From an uncultured Chloroflexia bacterium (GTDB taxonomy: Bacteria; Chloroflexota; Limnocylindria; Limnocylindrales; CSP1-4): a stretch of DNA of 64,000 nucleotides. Positions 57,842 to 64,000 of the stretch are shown here, piece by piece (positions within the stretch are counted from its first letter, which is position 1; every line of letters begins with the position of its first letter). The DNA is taken from NCBI GenBank assembly GCA_963850035.1, contig CAWKJP010000008.1:66251-130250 (forward strand). Reading direction: 5' to 3'. The translations under genes and the position numbers were made by a program. The notes below the pieces were generated by a model that worked only from the letters and a program-made list of their open reading frames with translations, searched no databases and was not told the origin of the DNA.

Positions 57842-58312
57842 GTGACGAACCTCGAGACGGGGCACCTTTCCGACCGGCACCCCCCGTTCCGCTATTCGGC
57901 GCTGTCGCGCGTCTCGTTCTCCGACACGGACGCGCAGGGCGTCGTCTACTACGGGCGCTACCTGCCCTACTTCGACAACGCGCGACTCGAGTACCACCGT
58001 CACCTGGGGCTGCGCGCGTACTGGCAGGGCGAGCGCGAGTTCGTGATGCGGTCGCTCGAGGTGACCTACGAGGCACCCGCCCGGTTCGACGAGCTGCTCG
58101 ATGTGCACGTGCGGACGACGCGGATCGGCCACACCAGCGTGACGGTCGAGGGCGCCGCCTACCGGCTCGACGACCACCGCCTGATGTGCACGGCGCGCAT
58201 GACGCTCGTGCTGATCGACGTCCAGACGCGCCGGCCGGTGCCGGTGCCGGAGGAGTACCGGCGCGCAATCGCCGCGTTCGAGGGCGACGGGGTCGCGATG
58301 GTGCCTGCCTGA
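57842..58312 (+). CDS. acyl-CoA thioesterase (4HBT/YbgC-like hotdog fold)
   Basis: RVSFSDTDAQGVVYYGRYLPYFDNARLEYHRHLG...LEVTYEAPARFDELLDVHVRTTRIGHTSVTV. The GTG at 57842 is chosen. Confidence 0.85.
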   Translation: MTNLETGHLSDRHPPFRYSALSRVSFSDTDAQGVVYYGRYLPYFDNARLEYHRHLGLRAYWQGEREFVMRSLEVTYEAPARFDELLDVHVRTTRIGHTSVTVEGAAYRLDDHRLMCTARMTLVLIDVQTRRPVPVPEEYRRAIAAFEGDGVAMVPA

Positions 58313-58410
58313 GCCGATCTACCGACCACCCGGGGGCGCCCGGATGGCACGCTCGCGGCGTGCCCGCGAGCACGATATCCTGTAGCCGATCCCCTACCCC
58401 AGGAGCCCAC

Positions 58411-59574
58411 ATGAAAGTCGGCGTTCCGAGAGAAACCCTGCCCGGCGAGCGGCGTGTCGCGCTGGTGCCAGACGCCCTCGCGAAGCTCAAGGCGGCGGGT
58501 CTCGAGATCCTCGTCGAGCACGACGCGGGGACGGCGGCCGCCTTCCCCGACGCGGCGTACGAGGAGGCCGGCGCCGCGATCGTGTCGGCCGACGACGTGT
58601 ATGCCCAGGCCGACTGCATCGTGAAGATCCAGAAGCCCTCCCCGGCAGAGGTCGCCCGGTTGCGCTCGGGCCAGGCCCTGGTCGGGCTGCTGACGCCGCT
58701 CATCGACCCCGGCCTCATGCAGCAGCTCGCGGATCGCGGCGTGACGGCGATCAGCCTCGACGCGATCCCGCGCACGCTGTCCCGTGCCCAGTCCATGGAC
58801 GTCCTGTCGTCGCAGGCGAACATCGCGGGCTACAAGGCCGTGCTCGTGGCGGCCGAGGCGTTCGGGCGCTACTTCCCGCTCCTGACCACCGCCGCCGGCA
58901 CCGCCAAGCCGGCGAACGTGCTGATCCTCGGCATCGGCGTTGCAGGGCTCCAGGCCATCGGGACGGCGCGCCGGCTCGGCGCCGTCGTCCAGGCGTACGA
59001 CGTGCGTCCCGAGACCAGGGAGCAGGCGCAGTCGCTGGGCGCCAAGTTCGTCACGCTCACAACCGCGATCGATGCGACCGGCAGCGGCGGCTACGCCCGC
59101 GAGCTCACCGCCGAGGAGCGCGCCTCCCAGCAGGCCGAGCTCAACGCGGTCATCGGGGGCATGGACGTCGTGATCACCACGGCCCAGGTTCCCGGCCGCA
59201 AGCCGCCGGTCCTGGTCACGGCCGAGGCAGTGCGGGCCATGAAGCCGGGCGCGGTGATCGTGGACATGGCGGCCAGCGCGCTTGGTGGCAACTGCGAGCT
59301 CTCGGTGCCGGGAGAGACGATCGCGACCGAGAACGGGGTGACGATCATCTCGCCGGACAACCTGCCCGCGACCGTCCCCGTCAGCGCCAGCCAGTTCTAC
59401 GCGCGCAACCTCCAGTCGCTGCTGCTCCACCTGGTGAAGGATGGGCAGCTGGCGCTGGATCCGGCCGAGGAGATCACGGCCGGCGTGCTCATCACCCAGG
59501 GCGGGAAGGTCGTCCAGCCGGCGACCGCGAAGCTCCTCGCACCCGCGCAGTCCGCGGGAGGGCCCACCGCATGA
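58411..59574 (+). CDS. pntAA: NAD(P) transhydrogenase subunit alpha part 1
   Basis: MKVGVPRETLPGERRVALVPD...RAQSMDVLSSQANIAGYKAV...VLILGIGVAGLQAIGTARRLGAVV. AGGAG upstream. Confidence 0.95.
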   Translation: MKVGVPRETLPGERRVALVPDALAKLKAAGLEILVEHDAGTAAAFPDAAYEEAGAAIVSADDVYAQADCIVKIQKPSPAEVARLRSGQALVGLLTPLIDPGLMQQLADRGVTAISLDAIPRTLSRAQSMDVLSSQANIAGYKAVLVAAEAFGRYFPLLTTAAGTAKPANVLILGIGVAGLQAIGTARRLGAVVQAYDVRPETREQAQSLGAKFVTLTTAIDATGSGGYARELTAEERASQQAELNAVIGGMDVVITTAQVPGRKPPVLVTAEAVRAMKPGAVIVDMAASALGGNCELSVPGETIATENGVTIISPDNLPATVPVSASQFYARNLQSLLLHLVKDGQLALDPAEEITAGVLITQGGKVVQPATAKLLAPAQSAGGPTA

Positions 59575-59879
59575 CCGACCTGCTCACGCAGATCACGATC
59601 TTCGTCCTGGCCATCCTCGTCGGCTTCGAGGTGATCTCGAAGGTCCCGGCGACGCTCCACACGCCGCTGATGTCGGGCGCGAACTCGATCCACGGCATCG
59701 TCCTGGTCGGCGGCATGATCATCGCGGCGGGGGCCGACAACCCGCTCAGCTACACGCTCGCGTTCGTGGCCATGGTCTTCGGCGCCGCGAACGTGGTCGG
59801 CGGCTACGTGGTCACCGACCGAATGCTCCAGATGTTCAGGAAGAAGCCGGCGGCCCCGAAGCCCGCGGCGCAGGCCTGA
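59571..59879 (+). CDS. pntAB: NAD(P) transhydrogenase subunit alpha part 2
   Basis: ITIFVLAILVGFEVISKVPATLHTPLMSGANSIHGIVLVG...NVVGGYVVTDRMLQMF. ATGA overlap with pntAA. Confidence 0.9.
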   Translation: MTDLLTQITIFVLAILVGFEVISKVPATLHTPLMSGANSIHGIVLVGGMIIAAGADNPLSYTLAFVAMVFGAANVVGGYVVTDRMLQMFRKKPAAPKPAAQA

Positions 59880-59890
59880 CGGGGACCCCG

Positions 59891-61327
59891 ATGGACATCG
59901 ACACCCTCGTCCGACTCGCCCAGCTCGCCGGAGCCGCCTGCTTCGTGCTCGGGCTCCACCTGATGAACTCGCCGGCCACCGCTCGGAACGGCAACCTGCT
60001 GTCCGCCGGCGGCATGGTCGTGGCCGTCGGCGCCACGCTGCTCGACCTCGTCACGCGTCCCGGTGGCGTGAGCGTCGTCGGCTGGGTCGTCATCGTGGCC
60101 GGATTCGCGATCGGCGGCGGCCTCGGCCTCTACACCGCCCGGACCGTGAAGATGACAGCGATGCCGCAGCTGGTGTCGCTCTTCAACGCCGTCGGCGGCG
60201 GCGCGGCCGCGCTCGTCGCCGTCGACGACTTCGTGCGGATCGCCGGTGGGGGCCAGACGGCCAGCGTCTCCACGACGATCTTCACGGTCCTCGACGTCGT
60301 GATCGGCTCCGTGACGTTCACGGGTTCGCTGATCGCCTCGGGCAAGCTCCAGGGCCTGATCAGCGGCAAGCCGATCATCTTCCCCGGCTCGCGCATGCTG
60401 ACGATCGTCCTCGCGATCGTGGCGGTGGTCGCGACGGTGGTCCTGGTCCTTGCCGCCAACGGCACACTGGCGCTCGACGGCACCGTCTCGATCCTCGTCC
60501 TCGCCCTGATCATCGCGTCAGCCTGCGTGTTCGGCGTGACGATGGTGCTGCCGATCGGCGGGGCCGACATGCCGGTCGTGATCTCGCTCCTCAACGCGTT
60601 CACCGGCACGGCGGTCGCGATGGCCGGGTTCGTGCTGGTCAACCCGGTCCTGATCATCTCGGGAGCGCTCGTCGGCGCGTCCGGCGGCATCCTCACGAAG
60701 CTCATGGCTGACGCGATGAACCGCTCGATCCTGAACATCATGGTCGGCGGGTTCGGCGGCGGCGAGGGCACGGTCGGGTCGGCCGGCGGCGGCGCGACGC
60801 AGGTGCGGGGCGTCTCCGCCGACGATGCGGCGATCCAGATGGCCTACGCCTCGAGCGTGATCATCGTGCCGGGCTACGGCCTCGCGGTGGCCCAGGCGCA
60901 GCATGCCTGCCGGGAGCTCGGGGAGCTGCTGGAGTCGAAGGGCGTGGATGTGAAGTACGCGATCCACCCGGTCGCTGGCCGGATGCCGGGGCACATGAAC
61001 GTGCTCCTCGCGGAGGCGAACGTCCCCTACCCGCTGCTCAAGGAGATGGACGACATCAACCCGGAGTTCGACCGGTGCGACGTCGCGCTGGTCGTGGGCG
61101 CCAACGACGTGACGAACCCCGCGGCGCGGCGGCCGGGCAGCCCGGTCTCCGGGATGCCGATCCTCAACGTGGACCACGCGAAGTCGATCATCGTGATCAA
61201 GCGGTCCATGGGCCGCGGCTACGCCGGCATCGACAACGAGCTCTACGGCAATCCCAAGACGGGCATGCTCTTCGCCGACGCGAAGGACGGCCTTGGCCAG
61301 CTGGTGGCGGCGCTCAAGGCGCTCTGA
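59891..61327 (+). CDS. pntB: NAD(P) transhydrogenase subunit beta
   Basis: PQLVSLFNAVGGGAAAL...GADMPVVISLLNAFTG...VPGYGLAVAQAQH...AIHPVAGRMPGHMNVLLAEANVPY...VVGANDVTNPAA. Start at the ATG at 59891 inside ORF 59441..61327. Confidence 0.95.
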   Translation: MDIDTLVRLAQLAGAACFVLGLHLMNSPATARNGNLLSAGGMVVAVGATLLDLVTRPGGVSVVGWVVIVAGFAIGGGLGLYTARTVKMTAMPQLVSLFNAVGGGAAALVAVDDFVRIAGGGQTASVSTTIFTVLDVVIGSVTFTGSLIASGKLQGLISGKPIIFPGSRMLTIVLAIVAVVATVVLVLAANGTLALDGTVSILVLALIIASACVFGVTMVLPIGGADMPVVISLLNAFTGTAVAMAGFVLVNPVLIISGALVGASGGILTKLMADAMNRSILNIMVGGFGGGEGTVGSAGGGATQVRGVSADDAAIQMAYASSVIIVPGYGLAVAQAQHACRELGELLESKGVDVKYAIHPVAGRMPGHMNVLLAEANVPYPLLKEMDDINPEFDRCDVALVVGANDVTNPAARRPGSPVSGMPILNVDHAKSIIVIKRSMGRGYAGIDNELYGNPKTGMLFADAKDGLGQLVAALKAL

Positions 61328-61356
61328 GCCAGCTCGGCTGGCTTCGTCTTGCATCA

Positions 61357-61384
61357 TCGGCCCCGGCGAAGAAGCCGGGGCCGA
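61357..61384. terminator. perfect 11-bp hairpin between convergent pntB and the alaX-like gene
   Basis: TCGGCCCCGGC-GAAGAA-GCCGGGGCCGA. Confidence 0.6.
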
Positions 61385-61477
61385 GCGATTCCTTGCGAAT
61401 TCCGCGAGGGTGCCAGGACCGAAACCGGGCAGTGCGCCGATCGCCGCACGTTGGGAGGTCAGCGGTGCCCGGGCTCG

Positions 61478-62248
61478 TCAGTCGGGCGCGACGAGCTCCA
61501 TCCGGATCCGCTTGTTGATGCGCCCCTTCGACTCGTAGCCGGTCACATGGATCGTGCCCACCTCGCGGGTGTTCGCGACGTGGGTGCCGCCGTCCGCCTG
61601 GAGGTCCAGCCCGACGATCTCGATCGTCCGGATCTCCTCGATGCCGGGCGGCAGGAGGTTCACCTTCGTGCGGATCAGGTCGGGGATGGCGAAGGCTTCC
61701 TCGCGCGGGAGCACGTTGACCCGCACGTCGCGCTCGCGGACGAGCTCGTCGTTCACGGCCGTCTCGATCGCGCCGACAAGCTCGGCCGACATCCGCTCGA
61801 ACTCGAAGTCCATTCGACCGCTGCCGGGCTCCATGTTTCCGCCCGTCACCAGCGCCCCGTAGTCGCGCCAGACCACGCCGCAGAGCGCATGGAGCGCCGT
61901 GTGGGTCCGCATCAGGCGGAGCCGGCGATCCCAGTCGAGGTCGGCGGTGAAGGTCGCGGTCGCCCCCGGGCCGCCGGCTGCGCCCATGGTCGGGGGCTCC
62001 AGGCCGGGCTCCAGCTCGTGCCAGATCTCGTCGCCCTGCTTGCGCGCGGCGACGACCGTCCATTCCGACCCGTCGGGCGTCCGGAGCACGCCCCGATCGG
62101 CCGGCTGCCCCCCGCCGCCCGGATAGAAGACGGTCCGATCCAGGAGGATCCGAGCGCCCCGGCCCTCCGCCTCGGGCGGCTCGACGGCGCGGACTCGCGC
62201 CACGACGCTCCGGAGGTACGCGTCGACGTAGCAGAGGTTCTCGCTCAT
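61478..62248 (-). CDS. AlaX-like alanyl-tRNA editing protein
   Basis: CYVDAYLRSVVARV...DRTVFYPGGGGQPADRG...RTHTALHALCG...MEPGSGRMDF...LQADGGTHVANTREVG (HxxxH and CxxxH-type editing-domain motifs). Confidence 0.85.
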   Translation of the reverse strand: MSENLCYVDAYLRSVVARVRAVEPPEAEGRGARILLDRTVFYPGGGGQPADRGVLRTPDGSEWTVVAARKQGDEIWHELEPGLEPPTMGAAGGPGATATFTADLDWDRRLRLMRTHTALHALCGVVWRDYGALVTGGNMEPGSGRMDFEFERMSAELVGAIETAVNDELVRERDVRVNVLPREEAFAIPDLIRTKVNLLPPGIEEIRTIEIVGLDLQADGGTHVANTREVGTIHVTGYESKGRINKRIRMELVAPD

Positions 62249-62267
62249 CGGCGTGCGGTGCCTCCCG

Positions 62268-62810
62268 CTACTTGACCGTCAACGTCCCGGTCATGTTCGG
62301 GTGGACGACGCAGGTGAAGCCGTAGGTCCCGGCGGCAAGCGCCGGCACGTCGTAGACCTGGGTCGTCACGCCGGTGATGATCGCGCCCTGCCAGACGATG
62401 GGACCGGTGGGCGAGCCTGTGTGGATCGCCACGTTGTGGGGGATCCCCGCGTCGTTGTTGTTGAACTTGATCTGGAACGCGGCACCGGCCGGTGCCGTCA
62501 GGTCGGTCTTGTCGAAGGCGATGCCCGAGGCGGTCAGCTCGAGGACGGTGCCCGCGGCGGCACCCGAGGCGGCGGGCGACGCGCCGGGCGAGCCCGAGGC
62601 GGCAGCGGACGCGCCGGGGCTGCCCCCAGGAGCCGTGCTTCCGCTCGGGGCGGCGCTTGCGCCGGCCGGGGCGGCCGATGCCGCGCCGCTCGGAACCGGA
62701 GTGGGCGGCGGCGTCGGCGCATACGTCCACCCGGGCCCGGCCCCCGACGAGCACGCGGACAGGATCATCGCGAGGACCACCATGAGGGCGGAAACGTGGC
62801 GGGTGCGCAT
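62268..62810 (-). CDS. cupredoxin (amicyanin/plastocyanin-like) lipoprotein
   Basis: Lipobox MILSAC, Ala/Ser/Pro linker, then IPHNVAIH and GTYGFTCVVHPNMTG (H...C-x2-H-x2-M type-1 copper ligand pattern). Start at the ATG at 62810. Confidence 0.8.
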   Translation of the reverse strand: MRTRHVSALMVVLAMILSACSSGAGPGWTYAPTPPPTPVPSGAASAAPAGASAAPSGSTAPGGSPGASAAASGSPGASPAASGAAAGTVLELTASGIAFDKTDLTAPAGAAFQIKFNNNDAGIPHNVAIHTGSPTGPIVWQGAIITGVTTQVYDVPALAAGTYGFTCVVHPNMTGTLTVK

Positions 62811-63293
62811 GGGTGGGCTGGTTCCTCCTGGTGCGAGCTGCAAAGCGTGCGAAGGGATCGGACGCGGGAGAGGAGACCGTCGCGATGAGCGTGACGTGCG
62901 CGGCCCGGCTCGCCGGGTCTCCGCCCCCACGCGGGGATCTCGGCGTTGGGCCGCCGACAGGGTAGCGAAAGCGCGACGGACGCGCCGACGAAAGCGCGCC
63001 CAACGCGCCGCCGAGATCGCATGGAAGGGCGGCACAGGGCGCTCGGAAGCTCCGCCGAATGCGCGCGGGAGCGCCGCACCGGGCCGAATCGAGGCGCGTG
63101 GTGCTCCGGCGCACCGAACCGGGACCGAAGTACTGGTCCCCCGGGACCCCGGGGGGACAAACGTCCCATAGCAGCGCCGGGCGACGCCCGGCTACCTTCC
63201 TTTCACGCGCCAAACCAGCGACCCTCGAGTGGCGCGAGAGGGCCGCACCGCTCTCATCCGCGCCATTCCATCGAGCGCCCAGGAGTGCCCAAC

Positions 63294-63389
63294 GTGAAGC
63301 AGTCGCTGAAGTCCCGGCTCTTCGGAGTTGCCGTCACCTTCTCGATGTTCGCGATGTTCGTCGTGCCGCACCTTGGGAAGCGCTGGTAA
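63294..63389 (+). CDS. candidate 31-aa hydrophobic small ORF
   Basis: GTG with AGGAG 8 nt upstream. VKQSLKSRLFGVAVTFSMFAMFVVPHLGKRW. G or C at third position in 28 of 31 codons by my count. No homolog recognised. Confidence 0.35.
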   Translation: MKQSLKSRLFGVAVTFSMFAMFVVPHLGKRW

Positions 63390-63437
63390 GTCCTCCCTTC
63401 CGGAACGCCCCGGACGCGGAGCCCTCCCCGCGACCGA

Positions 63438-64000
63438 TCAGGCGCCCCGCCCGCGACGAACGAGACCCGGACCGGCCGGTCCGGGTCTCTTCGCGTCTGC
63501 CGCCAGGTCGTCCACGAGCCCGAGCCGGAGCGCGACGGTCGCCGCCTCGACCCGCCCGGAGACCCCGAGCTTGGCCAGGATGTTCCCCACGTGGACGCCG
63601 ACCGTCTTCTCGCTGATGTAGAGGCGCACGCCGATCTCCCGGTTCGTTCGGCCGGCCACGATCTCCGCGAGCACGCCGCGCTCTCGGACGCTGAGACCGA
63701 ACGTTTCGGCCGTGCGCCGGTCCGCCGCGGTCGCCGCCCACCCCAGGCGCGCCGGACGCACCTCTGCCGGGCCGGCGCGACCGGCTGAATCCGAGCCCGA
63801 CGCCACCGGGGCCGCGAGGAGATCCGTTGCTTCCGTGGGCAGCGGGATCCTGGCGCGACCGGCGAGGTCGGCGACCGCCCGCAGGAGGGGCATGGCGGGC
63901 AGGTCCACCGCGATGCGGGCAGCCTGGAGCAGGGGCTCGCGTGCCTCCTCGCGATGCTCGCGCCGCTCGCGATCGGCACTGCCTGCCGCGAGGATCGCCG
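63438..64000 (-). CDS. large LuxR-family regulator, C-terminal part (5' end outside window)
   Basis: C-terminal HTH LSVRERGVLAEIVAGRTNREIGVRLYISEKTVGVHVGNILAKLGV. I checked that the frame stays open from 63908 up to the window end (AILAAGSADRERREHREEAREPLLQAARIAV...). Confidence 0.8.
   Translation of the reverse strand, partial: AILAAGSADRERREHREEAREPLLQAARIAVDLPAMPLLRAVADLAGRARIPLPTEATDLLAAPVASGSDSAGRAGPAEVRPARLGWAATAADRRTAETFGLSVRERGVLAEIVAGRTNREIGVRLYISEKTVGVHVGNILAKLGVSGRVEAATVALRLGLVDDLAADAKRPGPAGPGLVRRGRGA

Overview
High-GC segment (sampled stretches about 63-73% G+C, strong GC3 bias, AGGAGG-type ribosome-binding sites). It looks actinobacterial: deazaflavin-type nitroreductase, DinB, an ECF41-like sigma factor, mycobacterial-style cyclase-ATPase giants. 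About 65 genes are supportable.

Layout:
- 1-4.2 kb: malate synthase, uricase and an amidohydrolase (purine/glyoxylate link).
- 4.4-11.2 kb: a broken PAP2 gene, a LacI regulator, asnS, a flippase-like membrane protein and an M24/creatinase-like protein.
- 11.3-14.8 kb and 28.4-32.0 kb: two ~1190-aa paralogous proteins (zinc ribbon, class III cyclase, STAND ATPase, TPR).
- 16.9-19.3 kb: araD-araB.
- 19.7-23.5 kb: an ABC-2 exporter plus a NarL-type two-component system whose kinase is broken five times.
- 23.5-26.3 kb: a MalT/LuxR-like regulator.
- 26-40 kb and 44-46.5 kb: small stress/xenobiotic families (DUF1801, DUF1905/YdeI, VOC, GNAT, ABM, DinB, alpha/beta hydrolase, RibD_C/DHFR-like, MFS) around the ECF sigma.
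- 40-44 kb: a nucleoside salvage cluster.
- 46.6-53.3 kb: a lower-GC accessory stretch with small ORFan genes, an ABC exporter whose permease is a tandem ABC-2 fusion with a 2TM tail, and gene fragments.
- 53.3-64 kb: lipoprotein, GGDEF-EAL protein, tRNA-Arg(UCG), thioesterase, pntAA-pntAB-pntB, AlaX-like editing protein, cupredoxin lipoprotein and a partial LuxR regulator.

I recognised no CRISPR array, cas gene, transposase, integrase or phage structural gene.

Main observations:
- At least 12 frame disruptions all behave as single-base insertions (+1). Five of them fall in one histidine kinase gene, while two 3.6-kb ORFs stay intact.
- The two cyclase-STAND paralogs share a conserved N-terminal part and have divergent C-terminal repeats.
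- Several intergenic tandem repeats and hairpins are present, including a repeat-rich structured region upstream of uricase.
- A decayed, lower-GC region lies near the tRNA gene.

I cannot name a defined novel system with confidence. Candidates are listed with checks.
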